Notes: generated by a model from the sequence alone, not told the origin. DNA of 64,000 nucleotides from a virus (IMGVR_UViG_2687453454_000003:1-64000), one strand, 5' to 3'. Positions 18,001-30,503 are shown, counted from the first letter of the stretch. Program-made: numbers and translations.

Positions 18001-18048
18001 CCGATAATAGGAGTCGAACCTACGACCTTCGCATTACGAATTATAAGA
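18001..18048 (-). other. 46-bp att core: 3' portion (positions 31-76) of tRNA-Thr(CGU), not a complete tRNA
   Basis: Minus strand reads ATTCGTAATGCGAAGGTCGTAGGTTCGACTCCTATTATCGGCACCA: anticodon loop with CGT, T-arm GTAGG/TTCGACT/CCTAT, acceptor 3' strand and CCA; flanking sequence cannot form the 5' half. Confidence 0.7.
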
Positions 18049-18464
18049 ATCCGCTTCTAATTCAAAGCATTACCCCATCAACACTGCGCTCACACGCCCC
18101 ACCACATCAAAACATGTAAAGCCTTGCAAGCCATTGTGAGGCCTTATGTGTCTCAGTTTTGTCCCACCTTGTATTATGACTTGCATAGCCACTGAAGATA
18201 AACGTGACGACAAACAGCGCAGCAGTCTTCTTTTCTTTCACACTTTCCCCAATCAGCATACATACCTTCTACCATAACTGTAGTGAATGTCTGTTATGAG
18301 CGAGGGGCGGAAGTTCGGAATGCATACTTACTTCGATGTGTGTTAAGCAATGGGGGCAGGTCGGCAATTTATTGTAAAAGCGATAACACTAACAGCATTA
18401 GTGAAGAGGCTAAAGATTTGTTTAGAACCCGCCCCCTTAAGAGGCGGTATTCTTGGCAAACATT

Positions 18465-21400
18465 TTATTTACTGTTTATCAATTGCAATAATGGGATCTC
18501 AGCTACATCACTAGGAATATAGGGGTCATCTTCTTTTAAATTAACCCCAATACAATCAACATCATTTAACCCAATTTCCCAAGCCCACCTAACATCTAAC
18601 GTACTCATTTCTATCCCTAAACTATCTCTTTGTGGATGCTCAGGAACAATATTTTTTAACATCGCATCACATCCAAGATAGAATTTTCCACAGGCCTGAT
18701 ACGCAGCAAGAAATCTTTCTAAATTGACGTTACTATCAGGAGTCATCGTATTAATTCTACTGATCATTGTCATTCTTTTAGTTAATGGCGTTGTCATCAT
18801 ATTTTCAGATATCAGCACTCTATAATGATTTGGGTTTTTAACTGAAATACCCTTGACAATACAAACCCGTAATCTGGCTTTACTATCTACCAAGCCTACT
18901 GATGATATAAGATCTTTAAAAATATCCTCACCTATATTGGGGTGTTTAAATAATAGATATAACCCTGGATAACACGATTTTAATTGAGCGAAGCCTACTC
19001 CTTGCCAGCGTGTTCTATCCCATAGACGAGGCTTGATTAGACTTTGTATTGAATAATCTTTATGCGTTATATTTTCGGAATTAAGTTCCTCTTCAGGCAT
19101 TATTCCTTTACCAGGTGTTGGAACATTTACATCCTCGATCTCCAACACTTTCGGAAATTCACTATCCCAGGGTTTATCTCTTAAAAGAGGGTAAGTTTTC
19201 TTTTCAGCACTGGTGGAATAAATTTTCTTAATTTGTTGATCAATATCATTTCCAAGAACATTTTCAATAGCTTTGATACAGGCACCGAAACTAATTGCTC
19301 TGTCAAATGCAGCATCTTCGAATATCATTCTTTCAATGTATTCTGTATTTTTTGTAAAAAATAACTCAGGGAGAAGATCAAATACTATTTTCTTGAATTC
19401 ATTAGTAATTTTTTGTTGAGCATCGACTCTAAATGAACTTGTTTCAAAACCATTGCAATTTATAGTAAGGTTTAGTTTTCCATTATTGCTATTTATTTCA
19501 TGTGATAAGGAGAAGTCATCTTCATCATCTGCTATTACTTCAATAATTAAAAATGCTTCTTTCAGATGGATGTTATCAATCGTACAAGTTGCAAAAGCAC
19601 TCTCTAAAAGCGCTAAGATACTAGTTGAAAACTCTATAAATGGTGACCGATTCGGAAAGTTAATTTCTATAGTGCATCCAAAAATAAAAGATGTATATAT
19701 TCCTCGTTTATCATAGTTATCTTTTATTCCTTTACTATTGAATCCAGCATCAAAGTCACGTATTTCTTGCAAGAAATCATTATGATCTTTATCGGCAGTA
19801 ACTTCATACTCATGTTCAAAATTTTCAATATAACCTAAAGCATATTTAAGACATCCAGATGATACAAAAAGACCTAATCTATCGAGTTCATCGGGAATAT
19901 TACTCTGTCGATTTATTCCATTTAGGTCAGTGTTCAAAATGAGTTGACTTATGTAAAAATCAACTTGCTGATTTTCTTTATCGCCGAACGAACTTTCACT
20001 GATATTTTGGTTAATTATTAAAAACAGTTCATACCATAAAAGAGCATGTGCTAATTTCCCTAGTTTTATTTCTGCCAGGCATAAACTATAATAAATCTCA
20101 GCCTGCTTTAATGATATCTCATCATACTTCCAGTAGTTATCTGTAATCAAAGAAGCGGATAGAAGCAAGCATGAACGTGAACTCCATAGCAACCCAATGG
20201 ATTCGTAAGCATAAGCAATAGCTTTTAATGCTAATATAAATTTATCTCGTGATTCCTCTTTATAGAGTGGTATAAATGATTTTCCTAAATACTTGATTGC
20301 CTGATAAGGGTGACCATTTTGAATCCTCTTTATACCTCTTCGTAGATTTAATAATGCCCCTTTAACTTCACCACCTCTAACAGCAGATTGCTCAGTCATA
20401 TAGTCTAATAAATTTTCATATGCATCTACCTCGAAAAAAATGTCATCCAGTTCGTTCAAAAGTTGGAAGTTCTTCTCAAAGGAATAGCCTATTAAATTCC
20501 CACTATTTTTAAAAATTTCATGTAACTCTTCAAATACAACCGAAGCATCTTCTACATCTGAAAACGTTGTCAATTTATAAATAGCTTTGTGAGTTCTCGC
20601 TGTGAGTGCATTACTGGGACGTGATTCATCGTCAGCTATCTCATCTAGTTTAGCAAGCATGTTACGTTCAATATTCTCAATATCGATTGTAGATGTTGCG
20701 TTGTTAAGTCTAATATAACTTTTATGAACGGTTACTAAATTTAAAACTTTCTCCCATTTTGAGGAATTAGTTGATGATGCAATACTTTCATATGCAAATT
20801 GAAGATTTTCTTCAAAGAGATTAAAATCTTCCATCCAAAAATGAGACTTCCAGGCATATTGATAATACGCATCTAGCAATTGTTGATTAGTCCCGAATTT
20901 CTTTGATATTTTTATAGCTCTTTCAAATAGACCTTGTGTTTCAATTAGTGGTTTCTCAAGTTCAGCGCTTAACTCTGCAATTTCTAAAAAAATATCCACC
21001 TGTTCATATGAAATTTCAGCAGGGTTTATTTTCTCTCTAATATACTCGGTTAACTCTTCATATTTTTTATGCTTTTTATAATCATTTTCTCCAAAAATAA
21101 CTTCTCTTTTATATTGCGTTGGAACTGACAATGAATCAATGGCCAATTGCTCAAAATTATTTTTGTAAATTTGATCTAATAGCCAATTAATATCTAATAT
21201 ACGAACATCTATTCCAGTTTTTGTTTTTAGTGTATCCTCAACCTCTGAACGAATATTGGACTTTGCAGACTGGTTCGTTACGCAAAATACTTTAGCATAC
21301 CCACGTTCTGTTTCTTTTATCTTAAGTACATCTTCATGGCATTTTTTCTTCCAGTCTTTACGTGTACTTACCGCAAAGGCCCAGCGTTCTCTATTTGATG

Positions 21401-21716
21401 CTTCATTAACGCCTTCGAACCAAAGAAGCTTATTCTGTTCTGAAACAGGGAATGTTTGTGTGTCAGTTTTACCATCCCCCCCTGCTACAGGGCCAGTTTG
21501 TTCAAGGAGATTAGGGCAAATTATTTTTTCACATATTTTTTTTGCAAAATCTTCGAATTGTAGTTCTTGATTTCTTGTATTTAGCGTAGAGAGGAAGTGT
21601 TCCAGTACAACTCTGTCTAAAGTACCAGTCTCTCTGATTGTTGAATCAGAAAATTTTTCAGGGCGACGGCGCCTTAGAAATTCTTTAGATGAAAATTTGG
21701 TTTTCTGTACATTCAT
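18465..21716 (-). CDS. large orphan protein (1083 aa), AT-rich; possible N-terminal Mrr-like nuclease motif plus long helical region
   Basis: Single uninterrupted ORF with low GC; GGDGKTD...EQNK near residue 80 loosely resembles the Mrr catalytic motif (D...QxK); no Walker A found. Confidence 0.6.
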   Translation of the reverse strand: MNVQKTKFSSKEFLRRRRPEKFSDSTIRETGTLDRVVLEHFLSTLNTRNQELQFEDFAKKICEKIICPNLLEQTGPVAGGDGKTDTQTFPVSEQNKLLWFEGVNEASNRERWAFAVSTRKDWKKKCHEDVLKIKETERGYAKVFCVTNQSAKSNIRSEVEDTLKTKTGIDVRILDINWLLDQIYKNNFEQLAIDSLSVPTQYKREVIFGENDYKKHKKYEELTEYIREKINPAEISYEQVDIFLEIAELSAELEKPLIETQGLFERAIKISKKFGTNQQLLDAYYQYAWKSHFWMEDFNLFEENLQFAYESIASSTNSSKWEKVLNLVTVHKSYIRLNNATSTIDIENIERNMLAKLDEIADDESRPSNALTARTHKAIYKLTTFSDVEDASVVFEELHEIFKNSGNLIGYSFEKNFQLLNELDDIFFEVDAYENLLDYMTEQSAVRGGEVKGALLNLRRGIKRIQNGHPYQAIKYLGKSFIPLYKEESRDKFILALKAIAYAYESIGLLWSSRSCLLLSASLITDNYWKYDEISLKQAEIYYSLCLAEIKLGKLAHALLWYELFLIINQNISESSFGDKENQQVDFYISQLILNTDLNGINRQSNIPDELDRLGLFVSSGCLKYALGYIENFEHEYEVTADKDHNDFLQEIRDFDAGFNSKGIKDNYDKRGIYTSFIFGCTIEINFPNRSPFIEFSTSILALLESAFATCTIDNIHLKEAFLIIEVIADDEDDFSLSHEINSNNGKLNLTINCNGFETSSFRVDAQQKITNEFKKIVFDLLPELFFTKNTEYIERMIFEDAAFDRAISFGACIKAIENVLGNDIDQQIKKIYSTSAEKKTYPLLRDKPWDSEFPKVLEIEDVNVPTPGKGIMPEEELNSENITHKDYSIQSLIKPRLWDRTRWQGVGFAQLKSCYPGLYLLFKHPNIGEDIFKDLISSVGLVDSKARLRVCIVKGISVKNPNHYRVLISENMMTTPLTKRMTMISRINTMTPDSNVNLERFLAAYQACGKFYLGCDAMLKNIVPEHPQRDSLGIEMSTLDVRWAWEIGLNDVDCIGVNLKEDDPYIPSDVAEIPLLQLINSK

Positions 21717-21778
21717 GATTTTGACGCTCCTCTTGCTATCGACAATAAACCTTTGTATGCATCAACTAGATTTATTGT

Positions 21779-22030
21779 TCATACTGCCTTTTTTTGAAGA
21801 AAAAATTGCGGAAGTCTATTTCTAGACAAGCTATCTATGTATTCACTATACCACTGCATCATCTGTTGTCTCCCTTCCAAATACTGTGCATGATTGTAAG
21901 CCCCGAGAATAGCGTTCTTATCCACATGTGCAAGTTGTGTTTCGAAACATGCAGAGTTGAATCCTTCTTCGTGCAGAATGGTACTCATTGTGTGACGAAA
22001 ACCATGCCCCGTCAGCCTTCCTTTTTATCC
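21779..22030 (-). pseudogene. C-terminal remnant of a P4-family integrase
   Basis: Translation GRLTGHGFRHTMSTILHEEGF..LAHVDKNAILGAYNHAQYLEGRQQMMQWY aligns with the last 80 residues of the 404-aa integrase; no N-terminal part upstream. Confidence 0.6.
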
Positions 22031-22348
22031 TAATAGCTCAATTACCTGATTAATGCTTTCCTTTGAGATCGGCTTAGTACGATCATCACGTCCAATGAAT
22101 ACTATCGGATAGATGCACCTAATCTTATAACATCGTGTTTTCTATGTCCGTTCCTGGCACATAGCAGTCCTAGAGACAGTGGCGTAAAGTCATGGAGGAT
22201 CGGTGGGAGGAGGCGCTAATCCTTTCATACAAAAATATGTAAAATCAATAACGGCTGTAAATCATTCAATACTCGCACTATCGGAAGTTCACCAGCCAGC
22301 CGCAGCACGTTATTGCATACAACGTGTATGCGGCGTATCTCAAAACGA

Positions 22349-22933
22349 TTACTCCATTACAGGGACAGCAGGCCACTCAATATCCGGTGCTACTGATGTA
22401 TCAACACGGTTCAGCAATACCCGATACTTTTTCCAGGCTGCCAGCAACGAGATTTCTTCCTCCGTTGCGATTTCCAGATCTACAGCATCCTGAAGTGGCG
22501 CAATATGCTCACTGGCTACCTGCATCAGGCTGTTTTTTGTTTCTTCCGCCTCCCGGATCCGGAACAGTTTTTCTGCTTCTGCATCTTTCACCCAGGCTGT
22601 GCCGTTCCACTTCTGAAACTCCCCTTCCGGCGATAACCAGGTAACATTTTCCGGTAACGGACCGAGTTCAGAAATAAATAACTCGTCTCCTGACGCTACG
22701 TCATAAACCGTTTTACCCCGATGGTCTTCAACGAGATGCCACGATGCCTCATCACTGTTGAAAACAGCCACAAAGCCAGCAGGAATATCTGGTGGTGCAA
22801 TATCGGTACTGTTTGCTGGCAGACCTGTATGAGGCGGAATATATGCATCACCTTCACCAATAAATTCATTAGTTCCGGCCAGCAGATTATAAATTGTTAT
22901 GGTCCGTGGTTGTTCACTCATTCTGAATGCCAT
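22349..22933 (-). CDS. tfa: tail fiber assembly protein
   Basis: 194 aa (lambda Tfa is 194 aa); directly downstream of the side tail fiber gene. Confidence 0.85.
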   Translation of the reverse strand: MAFRMSEQPRTITIYNLLAGTNEFIGEGDAYIPPHTGLPANSTDIAPPDIPAGFVAVFNSDEASWHLVEDHRGKTVYDVASGDELFISELGPLPENVTWLSPEGEFQKWNGTAWVKDAEAEKLFRIREAEETKNSLMQVASEHIAPLQDAVDLEIATEEEISLLAAWKKYRVLLNRVDTSVAPDIEWPAVPVME

Positions 22934-25900
22934 TATGCAAGCCTCACAATATAGTTAAATGCGATGTTTTTGACGGTGTTTTCCGCGTTACCAGCAGCGT
23001 TAACGGTGATGGTGTGTCCATGCGAACCAATCGCAACGGAGTGCGTATGAGCACCAATACCGACAGTATGTGCATGTGCGCCTGCGCTTGCAGCAGTGCC
23101 GGACAGCGAGTGGGTATGAGCACCATCTGATGATGTCTTCCCTGCATTACGAGTCTGGCCACTACCGCTTGTTGTGCTCATAATCCCCGCGCTTAGATTT
23201 GAAATCGCGGTATAACCATTAGGGAAAATGCTCGTGTTCGTGCCACCAAATGCACCGGAACTCTTGTGTTGGTGCGCACCGGCACTATTTGCTGTCCCGC
23301 TAATACTATGGGTATGCGCACCAGTGTTATTCGTGGATTTAGTGCCGTAATCAAACGATGATGTGGTTTTCGTACCCAAATCCGTACTGGATACGCTGGC
23401 GCTGTGGGTGTGCGATTTAATGCCGTCCTGTTCCTGAGACAATACGGCACGACCACTGGCGGGCTTGCCCTTAATCGTCCAGCCACGCATATCAGGGATC
23501 ACGCCTGACGGATAAGCGGCCGCAAGTTTCGGGTAAGCAGATTTGTCAAAAGTCTGCCCCTGCATCAGGGCATAACCAGACGGAACGGTATCTGATGGCC
23601 ACGGGATTGGTGCGCCGACTGGGTAGCTTTCTGGTGGAAGATTTTTCGAGGTATAAACTTCTGCCCAGTCTTCCTCAAAACCATAACCGTCTCTTGAAGA
23701 ACGGTAGAACAGACCACCATTTCTGTAATGCGCCTTCATCTGCAGGGTCCGGCAACTTCCGACTCCGGTATAGAAGTTAACCAGAATATAGCTGTCGCCA
23801 GAGCGGGTGACATTGTAAGCGCCTGATTCGGCATTCCAGGGAACGCCACCATCCGCATCGGCATATGTATCCGTTGCCCTTCTGGCAAAAGCAGCCACAT
23901 GCGCGGCGGTTAAAGTGATATCAGTAGAACCATCAAATGGAACACCGGATATTTTTCTTGCAGTCTGAAGTTTTGTAGCAGTTGCAGCATTACCAGTAGT
24001 GTTCTGATTACCCGTAGTGTTTACACCTGGAAGGTTAATATTTGCAGAACCGTCGAAAACAACTCCACCGATAGATCTTGCCGTCTGCAATTTCGTGGCT
24101 GTACTTGCATTACCATTCAATGAACCAGTTAATCCACCTGTAACAGACAACGGACCTGAAACTGTTCCTCCGGTTGTTGGCAGTGCTCCAATATCTGATG
24201 GTGTAGGTTTCTGATGTGTGCTATACATCGTATAAACAACACCATCGGTAACGCTGGAAGGCTTACTCGCTGAATATGTTGGCGATGTATAAACAGAAAC
24301 TGTCGCATTTGCAGTACAATCCCAATGGATATTTACACGAGTCGCATAATTGCCAATCTCAACGTAAATATCATATGTATCGCCGGATGTGTTGATCCAG
24401 GCGAAATTCGTTAATCCGACGGCTGTACGCTTCCACAAAGCCCCGGTAATTCCTTTGGGGTTTCCATTGCCTGCTCGTAGAACCAGTTCTGAAATGCCTG
24501 CCTGATGTGGGGAACCGACGTTGTAACCAGCGCCACCAATCAATGCGATGTAAACGATGGAACTCGCTTGTGGCATGGTAACCGTAGCCAGTTTGAACCA
24601 CCCAGCCCCGCCAGAGAAAGACATCGTTACTGAATTTAAAGTACCAATATCTTTCGGCGTTAATGTTATATCCGCAGTCAGTGCTTTTCCGTTAACTTTT
24701 CGGTTAGATGGCACCCTGCTATTCGCATTGTCATTGGCTGCTTTAACTGCTTTTGGCGTTGCGGCCAGCGATTCACTGGTGCTATCAACAGCACTGCTAA
24801 GTTTCACAACACCTTTAGTTGTAAGGCTTGCGTCTTCCATCGCAACTGCACCGGCAATCTCTTCAGCACGATCAGCAGCAGCTTCCGCACGGGTCGCAGC
24901 GGATTCAGCAGCAGTTTTGCTCTGAGATGCTGCCGTCGCACTGCCTGCCGCCTCTGTTGCTTTCGTGGATGCCGTCGTGGCGCTGCCCTTCGCTGCTGAC
25001 GCCTGTCTGGTCGCCTCATCTTTTGAAGCAGACGCAGATGATGCCGATGACGCTGCCGAACTGGCGGACGATGCGGCTGCCGTTTTTGAGGATTCTGCAC
25101 GGGTTTCCGACGCTTTCGCATTCGTTTCGGATGTCTTCGCTGCGGAAGCAGACCTCGCTGCTGCGCTGGTCTGTTCAGTGGCTTCGCCAGCCTTCGTTGT
25201 GGCTGTTGAAGCAGACGATGCGGCACTTTCTGCCGATTTTCCGGCGGCGGTGGCACTGGCTGAGGCCTGCCCGGCACTTGTTGACGCTGCACTGGCAGAT
25301 AATGCAGCCGCTGTTTTTGAGCCTGCCGCAGCTGAGGCGCTCTGTCCCGCTGCCGTTTCAGAAGACCTGGCGTTCGTCTCGGACGTTTTTGCCGCCTTCG
25401 CAGAATTTGCTGCCGCCGTTGCCGAGGAAGCGGCACTACTGGCGCTCGAGGCTGCGCTCGTTTCTGATGATTTCGCTGCCTCTTTTGAGGCCGCCGCATC
25501 CCGGGCTGAGGTGGCAGCTTCTGACGCTTTCGTGGTCGCGGTGGATGCAGAAGTGGCTGCAGATTGTTGTGACGCTGCAGCATTCGTTTCTGACGTTTTC
25601 GCCGCACCAGCACTGGTAGCCGCCGCGCTTTTTGAGGACTCTGCAGCGGCAGCACTTTTTGATGCTTCAGTAGCCTTTGTTGATGCCGTTCCTGCGCTGG
25701 AAGACGCTGACTGAGCCGACGTCGCGGCCTGCCCGGCTGATGTGCTGGCTGCACGTGCTGAGCCTGCAGCATCAGCCGCATGGGTTGCCGCCTCACGGGC
25801 TGATGTGCCGGCATCGCTGGCTGACTTCTTCGCGGCTGCCGTGTTCTGTGCCACCGCGGACGCGTTACGCTCCACCTCTTCCACCATCAGTTCAAAACGG

Positions 25901-26217
25901 CGCAGTGCCTCAGGACGGGCATCATCCTCCGTCATGGCACCGAGAAAATCATTCAGCGTACCGGGTCGGGAATCTTCATACACGGTGATGGTCCCGGCAT
26001 GTGACGGCGGGAATCCTTCCACCAACAGAATAACGCTGTACTGACCGTACTCAACGTCCATGCTGTAACGCCCGGCTTCATCCGGATTTTCTGAGGCCAG
26101 CGTGTTTACCACCACCGTGGTGCTGTTACGTTTTGCTTTCAGCTGGATTGTGCAGTTCTGTACCGGTTTTCCTGTGCCGTCTTTCAGTACACCTGAAATC
26201 TTTACTGCCATATTCAC
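22933..26217 (-). CDS. stf: side tail fiber protein
   Basis: 1094 aa; long Ala/Ser/Thr-rich repeat region with recurring AAKTSETNA; position after lom. Confidence 0.85.
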   Translation of the reverse strand: MNMAVKISGVLKDGTGKPVQNCTIQLKAKRNSTTVVVNTLASENPDEAGRYSMDVEYGQYSVILLVEGFPPSHAGTITVYEDSRPGTLNDFLGAMTEDDARPEALRRFELMVEEVERNASAVAQNTAAAKKSASDAGTSAREAATHAADAAGSARAASTSAGQAATSAQSASSSAGTASTKATEASKSAAAAESSKSAAATSAGAAKTSETNAAASQQSAATSASTATTKASEAATSARDAAASKEAAKSSETSAASSASSAASSATAAANSAKAAKTSETNARSSETAAGQSASAAAGSKTAAALSASAASTSAGQASASATAAGKSAESAASSASTATTKAGEATEQTSAAARSASAAKTSETNAKASETRAESSKTAAASSASSAASSASSASASKDEATRQASAAKGSATTASTKATEAAGSATAASQSKTAAESAATRAEAAADRAEEIAGAVAMEDASLTTKGVVKLSSAVDSTSESLAATPKAVKAANDNANSRVPSNRKVNGKALTADITLTPKDIGTLNSVTMSFSGGAGWFKLATVTMPQASSIVYIALIGGAGYNVGSPHQAGISELVLRAGNGNPKGITGALWKRTAVGLTNFAWINTSGDTYDIYVEIGNYATRVNIHWDCTANATVSVYTSPTYSASKPSSVTDGVVYTMYSTHQKPTPSDIGALPTTGGTVSGPLSVTGGLTGSLNGNASTATKLQTARSIGGVVFDGSANINLPGVNTTGNQNTTGNAATATKLQTARKISGVPFDGSTDITLTAAHVAAFARRATDTYADADGGVPWNAESGAYNVTRSGDSYILVNFYTGVGSCRTLQMKAHYRNGGLFYRSSRDGYGFEEDWAEVYTSKNLPPESYPVGAPIPWPSDTVPSGYALMQGQTFDKSAYPKLAAAYPSGVIPDMRGWTIKGKPASGRAVLSQEQDGIKSHTHSASVSSTDLGTKTTSSFDYGTKSTNNTGAHTHSISGTANSAGAHQHKSSGAFGGTNTSIFPNGYTAISNLSAGIMSTTSGSGQTRNAGKTSSDGAHTHSLSGTAASAGAHAHTVGIGAHTHSVAIGSHGHTITVNAAGNAENTVKNIAFNYIVRLA

Positions 26218-26275
26218 CCCACAAAAAAGCCCGCCTGAACCGGCGGGCTGTCATAACACTGTGTTACCTGGCTAA

Positions 26276-26875
26276 TCAGAATTTATAACCGACCCCCATG
26301 ATGAAACCGTCAGTGCGCCAGTCGCCACTGCCGGAGCCTTCATAAGCAATATCAATGGCCACGGATTCGGTCGGGTTAAACTGCACGCCAGCTCCCCACG
26401 CCAGAGACGTGTTGCTGTGGCGACCGTCATCACTTCCGGTCAGCACGTCGTGCGTTTTCCCCTTGTTGTCAGTTACGCGGAGATAATCCCCGGAGAAAGT
26501 CGACACACGGCTGTAAGCCACACCCGCCATCGCATACGCGCTGAACCATTCATTCACGCGCACAGACGGCCCCGCCATCACGCTGAACCAGCGGTTACGA
26601 ACGGAATCTTCATGCCAGCGGGTATCGCTGTAACGGGTAAGCTGGCGATTCTTGTCTCCTGCATAGCTGAATGACGTCACCATCCCCAGTGTGTCCGTAA
26701 ACTCATAACGGTATTTCACGTTAATCCCGTTCAGATCATCACTGCCGGGGACGTTCGTCGAGGCATGAAGATACCCCGCGCTCAGCGTGGACTGATGTTC
26801 AGACGCCCATGCAGGCGCACCGGATACGGCCAGACAAATGGCTGCGGACAAAATTGCTGCACAAACTTTACGCAT
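26276..26875 (-). CDS. lom: Lom/Ail-family outer membrane protein
   Basis: 199 aa with signal peptide and C-terminal GVGYKF; lambda position between J and stf. Confidence 0.85.
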   Translation of the reverse strand: MRKVCAAILSAAICLAVSGAPAWASEHQSTLSAGYLHASTNVPGSDDLNGINVKYRYEFTDTLGMVTSFSYAGDKNRQLTRYSDTRWHEDSVRNRWFSVMAGPSVRVNEWFSAYAMAGVAYSRVSTFSGDYLRVTDNKGKTHDVLTGSDDGRHSNTSLAWGAGVQFNPTESVAIDIAYEGSGSGDWRTDGFIMGVGYKF

Positions 26876-26945
26876 AATTACCTCTCGCTTTTCTGCAATA
26901 AAAAAGGCGTCATTCCTGACGCCCTTTATTGGGGTTATAAATATT

Positions 26946-29900
26946 TCAACGAATACTGATGCCGGAAGCGGCTTTTTTGGTCACAATCACCGTACAGTCG
27001 GTGATATTGCCTGCCCCCTGATTGCCTTTCTGGAAAATCTTAAACTCCAGAGTGACGCTTCCCCTGCCACTCGGCATATCAATAACTGCACTGTAACTAC
27101 CGGGAATGGCCCCTTTAGTTTCTCTGGATGCGATTAATACGCCGTTTTTGCGAACTTCAAAACCATAACCCGTGTATCTTGTACCTCCCGGGTTATTACC
27201 ACTTCCCGGATCGCTATACGCTATTCCGTTAAAGATAATGGGCGGAATAATGATTTGACGGTCAAAGTTATGATCATCGCTGATGGTGACTGTAACCGTC
27301 CCGTTTGGTGTTTCCGTATTACCCCACGTACCAGCCTGTTTCGGGAATGATTTGGATACAGCTTTAACGAAGTCACCTCTGACCTGAGTCGCCTCCAGCA
27401 TGCCCTTAATCGTACAGTTTTCATTTACCGTGACATTGTTGAGCGTCCCGGCGTTCGCATTCACACTGCCACTGATATCCGCATTTTTAGCGGTCAGCTT
27501 TCCGTCCGGTGTCAGGGAAAATGCCGGCGGATTTCCACCGCTGGTAATGGTGGGAGCCGTCAGGCGTTTCAGGAACACGTCATTCATGAATATCTGATCA
27601 CCCTGACCAACAAACATCGGTTTTGTGTTGCCATTTGCAGGATTAATCATCGCAATCCTGTCCGCCGCCAGCAGCACCTGACTCTGCATGCCGTCAGGGG
27701 TGTTCTCAATACCGGCACCGATACCCGCAATATAAAGGCGTCCGTCCTGCATCTGCTGCAGCTTCACTGCCCACATGCTGTTCAGGTTATTATTTGTATC
27801 AACCTGAACCTTCTGTATCTGCTGGATCGCTGCACTCTGGTCTTCCAGTTTCTTATTGACGGTCTGTGTTATTTCATTGCTGACATCCGTTATGGACGTC
27901 CTGATTTCAGTCAGGTCAGGCGCAAGCTGACCGTTATCAATCTGCGTCCACAGCTCCTGAGCCAGATGGGTTTTCCCTATCTCGCCTTTGAAAAAATCCA
28001 GATAGCCTGATGCATCATCACTCGGCTGACCGACAGCCTCCACGAATGCCGATTTGCCAACGGTGTTCACACTGCGAACGTAAAAATAATAATCATGGCC
28101 CGGTTTGATATTGATACTGGCGGCTATCCAGTACAGTGCCGTACCAAGATAACGCGCGCTGGTTTCAACCTGCCTGATATCCGCAATCCGTTTTTCCGAG
28201 AACCAGAACTCAAACTGTACCGTCGGGTCATAAACCGCAAGATGCGGCGTGGCGGTTATCTGAAAATAGCCCGGCGTCAGCTCAATCCGCGACGGCGCTG
28301 CCGGTGCGGCAATCCGGAACGATACCGACGCCGGATCGCCCTGCTGCCCCCACGCATTTACTGCCCGGACTGTCAGCCTGTAGTTCCCCAGAGCCAGTTG
28401 TGTGAAGCGGTAAGTGGTTTCCGTCGTCCGGGCCGTGCTGACCAGCCGCTCACTGCCGTCATCCGCTGCCACGGTCAGGCGAAGCAGGAAGCTCACGCCC
28501 TTCACCACCTTCGGCGTGTCCCAGCGCGCCAGCACCTGATATTCCCCGCTGTCTGCGGTGACTTCGGCGGTCAGGTGCTGCACCGCTGGCGGCGTGACAC
28601 CATTCACCGTGCCGCTCTGGTCGCCGTCAAAGTGCGCCCCGTTATCCACGATGGCTTCTTTTTCCGGTACATGCTGCACGGCAGTGATGGCATACGTGCC
28701 GTCATCGTTCTCACGGATACTCACACAGCGGAACAGGCGCTGGCGCAGCGTCGGCAGCTTCAGCCCCCACACACTGTATTCTGCAACGCCGTCAGGAACC
28801 CGGTTCACTTTCACCTTAAGTCCGTCGGTGACGGACTGAACCTCCACGCTGACCGGATTACCACTTCCGTCAACCAGGCTTATCAGCGTGGTACCGGAGG
28901 ATGGCAGCGTGATTTCACGGTCGAGCGTCAGCGTCCGGGTCTGGCTGTTCACCGCCAGCACGCGACCACCGGTGCTGATACCGGCATAGTCATCATCGCA
29001 GATTTCAATGACATCGCCCGGTACATGGCGAAGCCCTTCAGCACCCACGCTGAAATCCACGGTCTGCGTCTCCAGCAGTTCCGTTTTAATCAGCCACAGC
29101 CCGGCGCGGTGTGCCTGCCCCCGGCTGGTACAGCCAAAGGCATCCATCTTCGTGACATTACGACCGTAACGGGCAATGGCCTGCGTATCTTCAACAAGCT
29201 CTGTCGCCGTCTCCCAGCCGTTGTCCGGGTCAATCCAGTTCACCTCAACGGCATTATGGCGGTCCTTCAGGGCGCTGAAGCTGTAGCGGAACGGCGCGCC
29301 ATCATCCGGCATCACCACATTACTGCGGTTATAGGTCCACACCTTATCCGACGGTCGGTCCTGCACGAACGTCAGCGTCTGCCCGTTCCATACCGGCATA
29401 CAGCGCATCGCCGAGCAGAAATCACTGAGCACATCCCACGCCTTGCGCTGTGTGGTCAGGTACGCATTACAGGTGATGCGCGGCTCCGTGCCGCCAAAGC
29501 CGTCCGGCACTGACTGGTCGCAGTACTGGCCGATGACATACAGCGCCCATTTGTCCACATCCGCCGCACCAAGACGTTTCCCCATGCCGTAGCGTGGATG
29601 GGTCAGCATATCCCACAGACACCAGGCCATGTTATTGCTGTATGCTGGCTTAAACGTTCCGTCCCAGATACCGCTGTATTGCCGCGTCTGCGGGTTATAG
29701 TTCGACGGCACCTGCAGAATACGCCCGCGCAGATGATAATTACGGCTCACCTGCTGGCTGCCGAACTGCTCCGAATCCACCTGTACGCCGACCAGTGCCG
29801 TGTTCGGGTAGCACTGTTTCACATCGATGATTTCGGTGTATGACGACCAGAGCGTTTTGTTCTGCAGCTGGTCTGTGGTGCTGTCCGGCGTCATCCTGCG

Positions 29901-30443
29901 CATCCGGATATTGAACGGGCGCGGCGGCAGGTTACCCACCACCACCGAGGCCAGATACTGTGAGGTGGTTTTGCCTTTAATGGTGATGTCTTTTTCCGTC
30001 ACCCAGCCACCATTACGCTGTATCTGAACCAGCAGGCGGACTTCCGACGGATTCCGGTCTCCCTTTGAGGTGGTTTCCACCAGTGCCTGCACACCGAAGG
30101 TAAAGCGCAGACGGTCGATGTTTGCCGACGTGATGGTCCGGGTAATCGGCGTGTCGTACTTCACTTCCGTACCCAGCACCGTCTCGGAGCCGGAGGATTC
30201 AAATCCCTCCGGCGGTGTCTGCTCCTGCTCACCGGCCCGGAACACCACCGTGACGCCGGATATATTGGTATTCCCCTCACTGTCCAGCACCGGCGTACTG
30301 TTCAGCAGCACGCTTTTTAATCCATCCACCGGACCTTCAACCGGCCCTTCGCTGATGGCATCGATCACACTCAGCAGCTGCGTGGACTTCAGGTTGTCCT
30401 TCGCTTCGCGCGGGGTATGCCCCTTACTGCTGCCTTTACCCAT
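26946..30443 (-). CDS. tail tip host-specificity protein (lambda J-like)
   Basis: 1165 aa; size and position after I. Confidence 0.9.
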   Translation of the reverse strand: MGKGSSKGHTPREAKDNLKSTQLLSVIDAISEGPVEGPVDGLKSVLLNSTPVLDSEGNTNISGVTVVFRAGEQEQTPPEGFESSGSETVLGTEVKYDTPITRTITSANIDRLRFTFGVQALVETTSKGDRNPSEVRLLVQIQRNGGWVTEKDITIKGKTTSQYLASVVVGNLPPRPFNIRMRRMTPDSTTDQLQNKTLWSSYTEIIDVKQCYPNTALVGVQVDSEQFGSQQVSRNYHLRGRILQVPSNYNPQTRQYSGIWDGTFKPAYSNNMAWCLWDMLTHPRYGMGKRLGAADVDKWALYVIGQYCDQSVPDGFGGTEPRITCNAYLTTQRKAWDVLSDFCSAMRCMPVWNGQTLTFVQDRPSDKVWTYNRSNVVMPDDGAPFRYSFSALKDRHNAVEVNWIDPDNGWETATELVEDTQAIARYGRNVTKMDAFGCTSRGQAHRAGLWLIKTELLETQTVDFSVGAEGLRHVPGDVIEICDDDYAGISTGGRVLAVNSQTRTLTLDREITLPSSGTTLISLVDGSGNPVSVEVQSVTDGLKVKVNRVPDGVAEYSVWGLKLPTLRQRLFRCVSIRENDDGTYAITAVQHVPEKEAIVDNGAHFDGDQSGTVNGVTPPAVQHLTAEVTADSGEYQVLARWDTPKVVKGVSFLLRLTVAADDGSERLVSTARTTETTYRFTQLALGNYRLTVRAVNAWGQQGDPASVSFRIAAPAAPSRIELTPGYFQITATPHLAVYDPTVQFEFWFSEKRIADIRQVETSARYLGTALYWIAASINIKPGHDYYFYVRSVNTVGKSAFVEAVGQPSDDASGYLDFFKGEIGKTHLAQELWTQIDNGQLAPDLTEIRTSITDVSNEITQTVNKKLEDQSAAIQQIQKVQVDTNNNLNSMWAVKLQQMQDGRLYIAGIGAGIENTPDGMQSQVLLAADRIAMINPANGNTKPMFVGQGDQIFMNDVFLKRLTAPTITSGGNPPAFSLTPDGKLTAKNADISGSVNANAGTLNNVTVNENCTIKGMLEATQVRGDFVKAVSKSFPKQAGTWGNTETPNGTVTVTISDDHNFDRQIIIPPIIFNGIAYSDPGSGNNPGGTRYTGYGFEVRKNGVLIASRETKGAIPGSYSAVIDMPSGRGSVTLEFKIFQKGNQGAGNITDCTVIVTKKAASGISIR

Positions 30444-30503
30444 TCGTCATGCTCCATAAACGATAAAACCGCCCGGAGGCGGTTTCACATAAAACATTTT
30501 GCA

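Noticed and set aside
18001-18080. Complete tRNA gene
   Set aside because: Only tRNA positions 31-76 are present; the adjacent sequence cannot pair as acceptor or anticodon 5' strands.
24804-25814. Long ORFs in other frames over the stf repeat tract (24804..25814 minus, 24828..25619 and 24965..25714 plus)
   Set aside because: Artefacts of the low-complexity Ala/Ser repeat DNA; translations are poly-Arg/Gln/Pro or poly-Ala with no protein-like structure.
28095-29513. 472-aa plus-strand ORF
   Set aside because: Lies entirely antisense within the J-like tail tip gene; Arg/Pro/His-rich composition typical of GC-rich antisense frames.
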